64,000 bases of DNA. It comes from Phyllobates terribilis. Taxonomy: Eukaryota. The position numbers and the translations under genes are program-made. How positions within the stretch are numbered: the stretch's first letter is position 1; each line of letters starts with the position of its first letter. Below, one piece after another: positions 1 to 10,735 of this stretch. The notes beneath the pieces were generated by a model. It searched no databases and was not told where the DNA came from. It saw only the letters and a list, made by a program, of their open reading frames with translations. The stretch lies in contig NW_027362765.1 of assembly GCF_046119375.1 (NCBI RefSeq), positions 122,636,001-122,700,000 of the forward strand. Reading direction: 5' to 3'.

Positions 1-3000
1 CAGTCCTCAAAGGTGTCACCCAAATCGCACTTGCTTCCTCACAGCTCCCAAATCTCCAGCTGCCCGTCTGAGTATGAGGTAGAACAGATGGTTGAGTCTG
101 CAGAGCTGTTTACTCATACTATAGCCTGGGAATCAGAGGTCGACTCCAGCGCTTCTGTGAATCCAGACGAGGAAATGATCTGCACTGATGCCCAGAATCT
201 TTATGAGTCGGATCCAGGACCAGACGCAGAAGGTTCTGACCATAATGTAGACCCTCATTCCCAAACTGTAACTCCTGTTGGTGGAGACAATGAGGAAGAC
301 GATGATAAGACTCAAATACCTGATTGGAGCGACAACTTTAGTTTTCTGTCAGGGCAGGAACAGGTTGGCTCTGAGGACGACGGGTGTGATAACGCACAGG
401 GTGATGATGATGAGGTCGGAGATCCCACTTACTGTCAACCCACAGTCAGCCAAGAGATGAGGTCAGCAGAGGAGGTGGAGGAAGATGCTAGTGACGACGA
501 GGTCAGGTTGCGCCTTCCTGGACAGAGACGTAGTACTGGAAGCACGTCAACAACTGCATCCTCAAACACAACTCTGCCTCTCACCACAAGTCGTGGTGGC
601 TCTTCAGGTCGCATGGGTGCTAAGCCTTGCATAGCCTGGGCATTTTTTCAGATCGATAAAGATGACCCAACTCGTGTTATCTGTAACATTTGTCAGCAAA
701 AGCTAAGTAGAGGCCAAAAAATACATAGTTTGAGTACTTCATGCATGAACCGGCACATAGACATGAAGCATAAGTTGCAGTGGGAAGCTCAGTGTGCTAC
801 AATGCGGCCTAGCCGGCCGGGCCAACCACCGTCTCCCATATCTTGTGCATCCACGGCCTCTTCATCCTCTGTGACTGGGGGGACAGCAGTCACACCTGTT
901 TTGGGGCGCAGACCTGCCACCTCTTTACCTGCAACAGCCAGCGTGATTGGCAGGTCATCATTTTCTTTGGAGGTGGTAACACCAGCTGGTGTTGAGCGCT
1001 GTCCGACATCGATAGCACCACCTTTGGATCAAGGCAACCTAACATGTCCGCCTGCATCTTCCTCACAGACCGGCAGTTTGCCGGGGACACCCTTATCAAC
1101 CCCGTCTAAGCACAATAGCCAGCCCTCGGTCCCTCAGATGTGGACAAGTAAAAGACCATTTCCTCCTAGCCATGAGAAAGCTAAGAGGTTGAATTTCACC
1201 ATCTGCAAGCTCTTGGCTACAGAAATGCTGCCTTTCCGCCTGGTGGACACAGAGGATTTTCGAGACCTTATGTCCGTCGCAGTGCCCCAGTACCAGATGC
1301 CCAGTCGGCACTACTTCTCAAAGAAAGGTGTGCCTGCGCTCCACCAGCATGTCGCACATAACATCACCGCTTCTTTGAGAAACTCTGTGTGTGACAGGGT
1401 GCATTTCACCACAGACACTTGGACAAGTAGGCATGGACAGGGGCGTTACATGTCGCTGACTGGGCACTGGGTAACTATGGTGACAGCAGGACAAGGGGCT
1501 GCTGTCCAAGTCTTGCCGTCCCCACGAGTTGTGCGTCAATCCTCTTTATGTCATAGTTCCTCCACTGCTTCTGCCTCCTCAACCTCCTCTCGGTCTTCCA
1601 CCTGCACCCAAAGCCTGTCTGGTCATGCCACAAGCTTTCTAACTACGCAGAAGGGATCCTGCACACCTCCTTACTATGCTGGCAGTAGGGCTCAACGTCA
1701 TCAGGCGGTTTTTACATTGAAATGTCTGGGAAATGTGAGTCACACAGCTGAGGAGTTGTGGTCAGCTCTGGAGAACCAATTTCATGAATGGTTGTCTCCA
1801 CTGGACCTGAAACCAGGGAAGGCCGTGTGCGACAATGCTTCAAACCTGGGTGCGGCCCTTCGCCGGGGCAATGTCACACACGTGCCTTGTATGGCTCACG
1901 TGTTGAACCTGGTTGTCCAGCAATTTTTAGCCCACTATCCCAGACTAGATGGCCTTCTGCAGAGGGCACGGTCCCTGTGTGCTCGCTTCCGCCGTTCGCA
2001 TCCCGCAGCTCAGCGACTTACATCTCTACAGAAGTCGTTGGGCCTGCCACTTCACCGGCTAAAATGCGATGTGCCTACCCGGTGGAATTCAACTCTGCAC
2101 ATGTTGCAGCGACTGTGGCAGCACCGACAAGCCCTGGTGCAATACGTTCTGACGTATAGCCTGGGCCAACGAGATTCAGAGGTGGGGCAAATCACGCTGG
2201 AGGAGTGGTCTCAGATCAGGGACCTATGCACCCTTCTGCACAGTTTTGAAATGGCGACGAAGATGTTTAGTGCTGACGATGCCATTATCAGCATGACTAT
2301 TCCGGTGATTTACATGCTGGAGCACATGTTAAACAGAATTCGGAGTCAGGTGGTGGCACAAGAGGAGGTGGAGGAAGTAGAGGAGGAGGAGTTGTATGCG
2401 GAAGGGCTAACATCTGCAAGGTCCAGACGGTCGGCAGCACCAAGGCGGCAGGCATGTGAGGGTGGGGGAGATGGTTTTACCAGGGCGCATGGTAGCAGCC
2501 AAACTAGTGAGGAAGGTGCAGGAGCCCAGGAAGAAGTGGAGGACGAACTGATGGAAGACTCATCAGATGAGGGAGACCTTGATCACATTTCTGTTGTGCG
2601 AGGTTGGGGGGAGAGGACAGAGGAAGGAAGCATGATTGTTACCTCGCCACCAACACAACAGGGACTTGGTGCTCCTGGATGCGCAACACACATGAGTGCC
2701 TTCTTGCTGCACTACCTGCAACATGACCCTCGAATTGTGAGAATTAGAAATAATCCTGACTACTGGGTTGCCACACTGTTAGATGCCCGGTACAAAAGTA
2801 AATTTGCAGAAATTATTCCTGCCATAGAAAGGGATGCACGCATGCAGGAGTATCAGCAGAGACTGTTGCAGAATCTTACATGTGCTTTTCCACAAAATAC
2901 CAGTGGTGCACGTAGTGAATCTCACAGTTCCAACTTGCCAACCGTGGGACCGTCAAGTGTTCAGCACTCAAACCGTAACAGAACCACAGTATCTGCTGGT

Positions 3001-3399
3001 AACATCAATTTTGCGGAATCATTTCACCACTTTTTTAGCCCATCCTTTGCAAGGCCACAGGAGACAAGAAGTCTGACACATAGTCAACGCCTAGAGACGA
3101 TGGTACAGGAGTATCTCCAAGTAAACATTAAATCCACGACTGTGTCACTGGACCCTTGCTCTTTTTGGGCTTCCAATCTGGATAAATGGCCGGAGCTAGC
3201 CACTTACGCCTTGGAGATCTTGTCATGCCCCGCAGCCAGCGTTCTGTCTGAACGTGTGTTCAGCGCTGCTGGTGGTGTGCTGACAGATAAGCGCACGCGG
3301 CTCTCCACTGATAATGTAGACAGACTCACGTTCATAAAGATGAACAAATCATGGATCCGAAACGACTTTTCTATCCCTGTGTCATCCTGGGGAGAGTAA
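1..3399 (+). CDS. hAT-family (ZBED/Ac-like) transposase, 5'-truncated by the window edge
   Basis: The frame is open from base 1, in frame with the 27330 ORF. Motifs seen: BED finger (WAFF...CNIC...RHIDMKH), TTDTW, CDNAS, CMAH, TRWNST and the C-terminal SVLSERVFSAAG dimerisation domain. Confidence 0.93.
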   Translation, partial: QSSKVSPKSHLLPHSSQISSCPSEYEVEQMVESAELFTHTIAWESEVDSSASVNPDEEMICTDAQNLYESDPGPDAEGSDHNVDPHSQTVTPVGGDNEEDDDKTQIPDWSDNFSFLSGQEQVGSEDDGCDNAQGDDDEVGDPTYCQPTVSQEMRSAEEVEEDASDDEVRLRLPGQRRSTGSTSTTASSNTTLPLTTSRGGSSGRMGAKPCIAWAFFQIDKDDPTRVICNICQQKLSRGQKIHSLSTSCMNRHIDMKHKLQWEAQCATMRPSRPGQPPSPISCASTASSSSVTGGTAVTPVLGRRPATSLPATASVIGRSSFSLEVVTPAGVERCPTSIAPPLDQGNLTCPPASSSQTGSLPGTPLSTPSKHNSQPSVPQMWTSKRPFPPSHEKAKRLNFTICKLLATEMLPFRLVDTEDFRDLMSVAVPQYQMPSRHYFSKKGVPALHQHVAHNITASLRNSVCDRVHFTTDTWTSRHGQGRYMSLTGHWVTMVTAGQGAAVQVLPSPRVVRQSSLCHSSSTASASSTSSRSSTCTQSLSGHATSFLTTQKGSCTPPYYAGSRAQRHQAVFTLKCLGNVSHTAEELWSALENQFHEWLSPLDLKPGKAVCDNASNLGAALRRGNVTHVPCMAHVLNLVVQQFLAHYPRLDGLLQRARSLCARFRRSHPAAQRLTSLQKSLGLPLHRLKCDVPTRWNSTLHMLQRLWQHRQALVQYVLTYSLGQRDSEVGQITLEEWSQIRDLCTLLHSFEMATKMFSADDAIISMTIPVIYMLEHMLNRIRSQVVAQEEVEEVEEEELYAEGLTSARSRRSAAPRRQACEGGGDGFTRAHGSSQTSEEGAGAQEEVEDELMEDSSDEGDLDHISVVRGWGERTEEGSMIVTSPPTQQGLGAPGCATHMSAFLLHYLQHDPRIVRIRNNPDYWVATLLDARYKSKFAEIIPAIERDARMQEYQQRLLQNLTCAFPQNTSGARSESHSSNLPTVGPSSVQHSNRNRTTVSAGNINFAESFHHFFSPSFARPQETRSLTHSQRLETMVQEYLQVNIKSTTVSLDPCSFWASNLDKWPELATYALEILSCPAASVLSERVFSAAGGVLTDKRTRLSTDNVDRLTFIKMNKSWIRNDFSIPVSSWGE

Positions 3400-3469
3400 A
3401 AGCTTGATGATTGGTTAAAATCACCCTACCAACCGTTTTAAGCTTTCAAATTACTAATCATGTTTATCT

Positions 3470-3620
3470 GTATCTTGACTGGAAAATAATTTGGGCTTTG
3501 TAGCAGTGTGCAGCACTGATCCTATTAGGCCATCTATACTAAAGCTTCACCAGATTTAAAATTAAAAATAATTTTTAGCTGCATCTAGCCCGGAAAATAA
3601 TTTTGGGGCTCCGAGATGCG
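3470..3620 (+). repeat. Degenerate copies of the 110-bp internal repeat unit
   Basis: GAAAATAATTTGGGCTTTGTAGCAGTGTG...CTATTAGGCCATCTATACT...AATTAAAAATAATTTTTAGCTGCATCTAGC aligns by eye with the 24165-27213 array unit. Confidence 0.8.
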
Positions 3621-3625
3621 CAAGG

Positions 3626-5143
3626 CACATAAGTGCCTTCTTGCTGCACTACCTGCAGCATGACCCTCATATTGTCAGAATTCGAAGTAATCATGACTAC
3701 TGGGTTGCCACACTCTTAGATCCCCCAAACTTTTCGATCAACCTTTTCATTTTAATAAAGACCAAAAAAATGGTCATTTTTGAAATTATAAGCATTAGCA
3801 GGTTGTTAGAAACTGAAATCAAACAGTTTTCAACTCAAAACTTTATTCTAGGTGATGTTACATTTTCACATAGGACCCCTTGTTCGAAAGGAGCTTCTGA
3901 ACTCTCTCGTCCATTGAATTTGTCAGGTTTTGGATGGTTTCTGCTTCAATTGTTTTGCATGAGGACAGAATACCCTCCCAGAGCTGTTGCTTAGATGTGA
4001 ACTGCCTCCCGCCATCATAGACACTCCTTTTAATGATGCTCCAAAGGTTCTGAATGGGGTAGAGGTCAGGGGAGCATGGGGGTCACACCATAAGTTTGTC
4101 CCCTTTTATGCCCATATCAGCCAGAGATGCAGATGTTTTATGTGCAGCATGAGATGGTGCATTATCATGCAGAAAAATTATCTTGAACCATGGCAGGAAG
4201 TGCTGTTTGAGAAAATCCACATACATTATGGAGTTCATCTTTAGCGCCTTCAGGGATCCTAAAGGGGCCGACAATCTCTCTCCCCATGATTCCAGCCCAA
4301 AACATTACTCCACCTCCTCCTTGTTGGCGCTGTAGCCGTGTTTGCGTGGGGTGTCCATCAACCAGCCATCCTCCACTCCATCCATCTGGACCATCGAGCG
4401 CTGCACGGCACTCATCCGTGAACAAAACAGTTTTGAAATCAGTCTTCATGTAATGTTTGGCCCACTGGAGCCGTTTCTGCTTGTGTGAAGTGGATAGAGG
4501 AGGTCGACAGGATGGCGCATGCACAGCTGCAAACCTCTGAAGGACCCTGCATCTTGTTGTTCGGGGGACGTTGGAGGCACAAGCAGCTTCAAAAACTTGT
4601 CTGCTGCTATGACAAGGCTTTTTTGCCGCTGCTCTTTCAACCTGACGTAATTGCCTGTAGGAAAGAGTCCTCAATTTGCCCTTATCAGCACGCACATGTG
4701 TGTACTGTGAATCAGCTACATACTTCTTGATTGCCAAGACACTTCATCCTGATCATCGCACAATGTTGATTGTAGTCATGCCTTGACCTAAACACTCCAC
4801 AATTTGTTGCTTCTCAGCAGCCGACACATCCTTTTTCTTTCCCATTTTGGCAGAAAATGTAGGCTGCTTAATAATGTGAGAGAGCCTTCTTAAGTAGTCT
4901 TGCCTTTCATTGGACACACCTGCCAAACTAATTAGCACAGGTGTCTGCAATTGCTTACAGTGATATAAAGAGCCCTGACACACATCACCATCAATGAGTT
5001 TAACTGACAAACAAACAAATTCTTCCCTTATCACTCCTAAACACTTTTTGCATAATAATTTGGAACGCAGTGTACATGTGCTTTTCCACAAAACACCAGT
5101 GGTTCACGTAGTGAATCTTACAGTTCTAACTTGCCAACCGTGG
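3626..5143 (+). pseudogene. Diverged internal duplicate of the transposase 3' part, split by a Tc1
   Basis: 3626-3724 matches 2687-2790 (LHYLQHDP.IV.IR.N.DYWVATLLDP). 5073-5143 matches 2877-2949. The Tc1 sits at the TA of TACATGTG. Confidence 0.85.
3725..5072 (-). mobile_element. Tc1/mariner relic carried inside the hAT (one TIR lost, frameshifted transposase)
   Basis: TIR CACTGCGTTCCAAATTATTATGCA followed by TA at 5073-5074. Peptides MGKKKDVSAAEKQQIVECLGQG, VLFTDECR and GGGVMFWAGI; IIFLHDNAPSH in other frames. Confidence 0.9.
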
Positions 5144-6968
5144 TCTGTATGGAGTTGTTCAATAAAGGGCCCAAAATTAAGATAACATAGATGGGAGAGG
5201 TCTCTATGAATAGGAATTCCTAAGTATTTGATACCCTGTGAGGGCCAGGCAAAGGGAAAGTTGGACTGGATGGAATCCTATATGGATTTGGGGAGGGAGA
5301 CATCGAGGGCCTCAGACTTCGCTGCATTGATTTTAAAATTTTACCATGTAACAAAGTGATCTATTTCAGCCATAACAGCATGGATGGATATATGTGATTG
5401 AGTGATATATACTAGGACATCATCGGCAAATAGAGAGCACTTGTACTCGGTGCCTCCCACCTCAATCCACCTAATATTGGGGTTATGGCGAATTGATGAG
5501 AGCAGGTGCTCCGTCACTAGGATGTATAAGAGAGGGGACAGAGGACATCACTGCCTTGTCCCATTGGTGATTGTGAAAGGTGATGAAAATGTTCTGACGC
5601 ACCCCCTGGGCCTTGGGACACCCGGAGCCGGACCCTTTTTGGTGGATGCTGGTGGTTGTAGTCTTCGTGGCGGCGACCCGGTTCCGTGGCTCAGGGCGGT
5701 CAAACCAGTGGCGGAACTATTTATGTGGTTTTGATGTTTAAATGTCCGACTACGCCACCAGTGGATTGCGGTCAGAGTGAACCGCCGCTACAGGGCAGAC
5801 CGCTGAGGCTGGTGTTGTGGGTGCAGCAGAGCGTAGCATAACTCCCCACGGGAGGAGTATAGCCTCAGGGCAGTGTATGCGGAGGATGGGGGTGATGGTG
5901 CAGGGCAGCAGCAGTAACGACACGGAGTCAGTGATGCAGTTCAGGGCCTTTACTCACAGTTCTTATTATCCAGACCACGTCTGCAGGTAACGGCTGCCCA
6001 CGTCGTACTGTGATCACCAGGTGAGGGGCTCAGACAACTCCCAGATAACTTTGGAGCACTTCACAGGACCCCCTTTGTGTGTCCTTTGTCTGGCCTTTCT
6101 TACCAACACTTCTGTCCGGCTGCCTCGGGCCTCCTCTTGGTAAACTTGGCACCAGTTTCCCTGACCCTATGTGGTGCCTTCCTAGCGGGTGTAGCGAGGG
6201 GCTGCGCCACATAAAATGTCAGAGCCTCCGGTTTCTAGCTGAGGGTCGTTTCCTGCCTCCACTAGTTCGGGGACCGGTCTCCCCCTTTGGCCTGACCCCT
6301 CCACGCAGGTGGATTCGGGCGTGCGGTGGCGACTCGCCCGTCCGCACCCCTGGGATCCCTTCATTCCTCGTTCCTGGAGCCTTCTCCGCTCCTCTTCCTT
6401 CCTTCTCCCTCTTCCAGGCCTGGGCCTCTGTTACTAGGCCCGCCTCCGGAGCAGAGCTCATGCAGAGCCCCTGCTCCCTGCCACTTCTGCTCAGACTTCT
6501 CTGCACTGAACTAAGATGGTGCCCACCTTTTATACTCCCTTCTCAATGCACCCAGGAACTGCTTCCTCCCTGCTCCTGCACTACAGGGTTCCCCTTCCTC
6601 AGTGTTCCCTCCCCCCACTCCAGCCAGGGACAGGGACTGTCGTGCCCATCTCAGGGGCATATTGGTCGCCCTGCCCCACGGCAATGTGGTGTAATGCATG
6701 CAGGTGTCGGGTCCTGATCCACACTCCATCCTTACCTGAGAGTGAGATATCACACCTCTGGGTGAGGTGCAATACGTCTGTAGCAACCGAGCCCTCAGGG
6801 TGCTACAGTTCCATTTATCTTCAGCCTAGGTGACGTATTGCGATACAGGGCCGTGATTTTGGCTATAAAAGGGTCCCCTAGACCCCTACCCCAAGCTTTT
6901 TAAGAGAATCATATATGGCGTGCCAGGAGACTCTATGGAATGCTTTCTCAGCATCCAACGAGAGTATC
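5144..6968 (-). mobile_element. L1 LINE ORF2 reverse-transcriptase fragment inside the hAT, split by a solo LTR
   Basis: Minus-strand peptides LSLDAEKAFHRVSW, KING|TFSSPFTITNGTRQGCPLSPLL, SLFADDVL, NFKINAAKSEAL and IKYLGI. Confidence 0.9.
5595..6807 (-). mobile_element. Solo LTR (Gypsy-type) inserted in the L1 fragment
   Basis: TG...CA termini with a 4-bp TSD GTTC (5591-5594 and 6808-6811). Removing it restores the L1 frame KINGTFSS. Related to the LTRs at 13331 and 22250. Confidence 0.88.
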
Positions 6969-6969
6969 T

Positions 6970-7040
6970 AATTACAAATTTTTAACTGCATCTAGCCCAG
7001 GAAATACTTTGTGCCTAGTAGCAGTGTCTGCTAGTCAGCG
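6970..7040 (+). repeat. Degenerate partial 110-bp repeat unit
   Basis: AATTACAAATTTTTAACTGCATCTAGCCCAGGAAATACTTTGTGCCTAGTAGCAGTGT resembles the array unit. Confidence 0.65.
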
Positions 7041-7070
7041 GATTATCCCGGCTGTTAAGCAAGCTGCACC

Positions 7071-7351
7071 ACCTGTAGTTTAGACACTTAATTTTTTCAA
7101 AGGAAATGCTTCGGGACCATGGGATACTCAGTGAAGAGCATCAGGAGGCACCCCAAGGCATAGGGGCTGGGACTGGCAGTAGGATGCCTTGCGGTGGACA
7201 GCCGAGCTCGATCCTTATAAAAGCTTTTTAACTGCAGCAGCTTTAGTGGACGCTACTGGAGCTGGAATTACCGCGGCTGCTGGCATGAGACTTGCCCTCC
7301 AATAGATCCTTGTAAATGGATTTAAAGTGTATTCATTCAAATTAGAGGGAC
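7071..7351 (-). pseudogene. 18S rRNA fragment (h17/h18 530-loop through V4) inside the hAT, copy 1
   Basis: The reverse complement contains TGCCAGCAGCCGCGGTAATTCCAGCTCCA (29-nt universal SSU core) and AAAGCTGCTGCAGTTAAAAAGCT. It continues into a V4-like sequence resembling recalled amphibian 18S. About 85% identity by eye over the conserved 130 nt. Confidence 0.9.
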
Positions 7352-7744
7352 AATTTAAATTAAAAAGCTTAGAGCTGCCTCCACCACAGGGGGGCTCGCT
7401 CGACCCACCAGCGGACAGGCACCAGTATTGGGAGAGGGGGGCTGGCCGTCAGGGTTCACCGCGGCTCTGGCACAAACCCGGCGACACGGAGGTGGCACGG
7501 GCAGGAGCGGACTGGCCGTGTCGGCTTCTCACTTTTTGGATTTTAGAAGGGCATGACATGCCTATATCTGTGTCTCCCCCTCCTTTTACTCCTCCACCTC
7601 TTTTATTTTCGCATGACTATATGTACTTGTCACTTTTCCATGTGTTAGTTATGTCTTCTGAGCAGTTTGTCAGCTTTTGGACACCTTTGAAGGTGTTTTC
7701 TATGTGTTTCTATGTGTTTTTGTTTGCCTGCCATTGGTTTTAAC

Positions 7745-7850
7745 GGTGTTCGAAGGTGTTCGACGAACAGTTCGACGAACAGTTCGGCGAACACACGGGT
7801 GTTCGACGAACCGAACCGAACTCGAACACTACGGGGGTGGCTCAACACTA
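7745..7850 (+). repeat. hAT right-end subterminal GTTCG/CGAAC motif cluster and TIR
   Basis: Dense GTTCG/CGAAC pentamers in both orientations ending in GGCTCAACACTA. Also present at 23280-23400 and 35380-35483. Confidence 0.75.
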
Positions 7851-9217
7851 AAAGGGACATGTTAAATCAAGTTGTGTCCACTAATTAGCATCACAGGTGT
7901 CTACAATCTTGTAATCAGTCAGTGGGCCTGTATATAGGGCTACAGATACTCACTGTGCTGTTTGGTGACATGGTGTGTACCACACTCAACATGGACCAGA
8001 GGAAGCAAAGGAAAGAGTTGTCTCAGGAGATTAGAAAGAAAATTATAGAAATGCATATTAAAGGTAAAGGTTATAAGACCATCTCCAAGCAGCTTGATGT
8101 TCCTGTGACTACAGGTGCATATTATTCAGAAATTTAAGATCCATGGGACTGTAGCCAACCTCCCTGGACGTGGCCGCAGGAGGAAAATTGATGACAACTC
8201 AAAGAGACGGATAATATGAATGGTAACAAAAGAGCCCAGGATAACTTCTAAAGAGATTAAAGGTGAACTTCAAGCTCAAGGAACATCAGTGTCAGATCGT
8301 ACTATCCATCGTTGTTTGATCCAAAGTGGACTTCATGGGAGACGACCAAGGAGAACACTATTGTTGAAAAAAAATAATAATAAAAAAAACAGACTGGAAT
8401 TTGCCAAACTACATGTTGACAAGCCACAAAGCTTCTGGGAGAATGTACTATGGACAGATGAGACATAAATGGAAATTTTTGGCAAGGCACATCAGCTCTA
8501 TGTTCACAGACGGAAAAATGAAGCATATCAAGAAAAGAACACTGTCCCTACTGTGAAACATGGGGGGGTCTGTTATGTTCTGGGGCTGCTCTGCTGCATC
8601 TGGCACAAGGTGTCTTGAATCTGTGCAGGGTACAATGAAATCTCAAGACTATCAAGGGATTCTAGAGAGAAATGTGCTGCCCAGTGTCAGAAAGCTTGGT
8701 CTCAGTCGCAGGTCATGGGTCTTGCAACAGGATAATGACCCAAGAATGGCTAAGAGGAAAACATTGGACTATTCTGAAGTGGCCTTCTATGAGCCCTGAC
8801 CTAAATCCTATTGAGCATCTTTGAAAAGAGCTGAAACATGCCGTCTGGAAAAGGCAACCTTCAACACGAGACAACTGGAGCAGTTTGCTCATGAGGAGTG
8901 GGCCAAAATACCTGTCGAGAGGTGCAGAAGTCTCATTGAAAGTTACAGGAATCGTTTGATTGCAGTGATCGCCTCAAAAGGTTGTTCAACAAAATATTAA
9001 GTTAAGAAGAGAACCATCATTTCTGTCCAGGCCTATTTCATGAGTTTAATTTTTTTTTTAATTCTGTGGAAGCAGAAAAGCAATGTCTGACTTTCATTTG
9101 TTCATTTTCAAAAATTTGTAATTTATTATTACTTTTGTCAGATTCAAGTTATTTCTGTGACCATTGTGGGATTTTCTTTCATTAAACGAGGGGTTCCAAC
9201 AATTTTCACCACATGTG
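7851..9217 (+). mobile_element. Tc1/mariner element (target of hAT copy 1); degenerate transposase from 7991 to ~9000
   Basis: MDQRKQRKELSQEIRKKII..., VLWTDET, GGSVMFWGC, LQQDNDP. Right TIR ...CAACAATTTTCACCACATGTG followed by TA. Confidence 0.9.
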
Positions 9218-9639
9218 TAGTGTAAGTGTACATGTAATACACTGACTCACCAGTGACGTCTCTAGGTGAAGTCCTTCATCTTCGCTTTTCTTCTTCATCT
9301 GGCAAAGACCGCCATCACTTCTTCCAGCCAGGAATCATCTCTGCAGAAAATAACACACAGTTATCAATAACTGATCTCTTCTAGAGAATATTCCCACTTT
9401 TCCCCCCTGACTTCTACACTACACCAGTTAAAGAAAAAAGGCAACATAGTGCCGTCAAGCACAGTAACAGGACCCCTCTTTTGTCCCATCCCATGGAAAA
9501 CAATTTCCTAAAAAGTAAATTATATTACAGAAGTAATAATGTAATAATAATAATTGGAATCTAAAGTAATAATGTTCCCCACTGGCCACCATAAACTAAT
9601 AAAGTATGCTCCTCAATCTGGCCCCCAAACAGTAATTAA

Positions 9640-10735
9640 GCACCTTGTCCAGCCAGGCACCCCCATATGTCCCTTCTGGCCCCCATATGTCCAGGGTGGC
9701 CTCTCCATATATTTATCCTAGCCCACGTGTATCGAGCCTGCCCTCCCCCCATATATCCATCCTGCCCCCCTCCCCTGCATATATCCATCCTGACACCCCC
9801 CTGCATATATCCCTTCTGGTCCCCATTTGTCTAGTGTGACCCCTCCATATATTTATCCTAGCACACGTGTATCGAGCCTGCCCCCTCCCATATACCCATC
9901 CTAGCCCCCCATGTGGCCAGCCTGCCCCCCCACATATCCATCCTTGCCTCCATGTTTCCAGCCTGCCCCCCCCCCTATATATCCATCCTGGACTCCATGT
10001 GTCCAGCCTGCCCCCCTACATATCCATCCTGGCCTCCATGTGTCCAGCCTGCCCCACCCATATATCCATCCTGGTCTCCATGTGTGCAGCCTGCTCCCCC
10101 TACATATCCATCCTGGCCTCCATGTGTCCAGCCTGCCCCCTCATATATCCATCCTGCCCTTTCCCCCTGCATATATCCATCCTGACACATCCCATATATC
10201 CAGCGTGTCCCTCCATATATTTATGCTAGCCCACGTGTATCGAGCCTGCCCCCCCACATATCCATCCTACCCCCCATGTGTCCAGCCTGTCCCCCCCCAT
10301 ATATCCATCCTGGCCTCCATGTGTTCAGCCTGCCCCCCCCATATATCCATCCTGGCCTCCTTGTGTTCAGCCTGCCCCCCCCATAGATCCATCCTGGCCT
10401 CCATGTGTCCAGCCTGCCCCCCATATATCCATCCTGCCTCCATGTGTCCAGCATGCCCACCCATATATTCATCCTGACCTCCATGTGTCCAGCCTGCCCC
10501 CCCATATATACATCCTGGCCTCCATGTGTCCAGCCTGCCCCCCCCATATATCCATCCTGGCATCTATGTATCCAGCCTGCCCCCCCAATATATCCATCCT
10601 GGCCTCCATGTGTCCAGCCTGCCCCCCCATATATCCATCCTGTCCTCCATATGTCCAGCCTGCCCCCCGTATATCCATCCTGGCCTCCATGTGTCCAGCC
10701 TGCCCCCTCATATACCCATCCTGCCCCCCCCCCTT
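9640..10735. repeat. C-rich minisatellite, ~41-43-bp unit
   Basis: Recurrent ATATCCATCCTGGCCTCCATGTGTCCAGCCTGCCCCCCC. Confidence 0.95.

Larger units (their letters stand above)
1..7850 (+). mobile_element. Large hAT DNA transposon, copy 1 (left ~4.3 kb lies upstream of the window)
   Basis: Colinear with 27612-35483 at offset ~27611-27637. Ends in the terminal sequence ...GGCTCAACACTA at 7850, the same as copy 2, and is followed by unrelated Tc1 sequence (AAAGGGAC, the predicted TSD). Confidence 0.92.

Noticed and set aside
6079-6833. 200-aa ORFs inside the LTRs (also 33716-34354 and 13655-14455)
   Set aside because: GC-rich LTR sequence with no gag, pol or env motifs; the frames are not conserved between related LTR copies.
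7071-7351. Functional rDNA unit
   Set aside because: Only ~280 nt, diverged, with an internal deletion. There is no ITS, 5.8S or 28S, and it lies within a transposon.
1-7850. Segmental or tandem duplication of 1-7850 at 27612-35483
   Set aside because: Similarity ends precisely at the transposon terminus, the flanks differ, and copy 2 has its own TSD.
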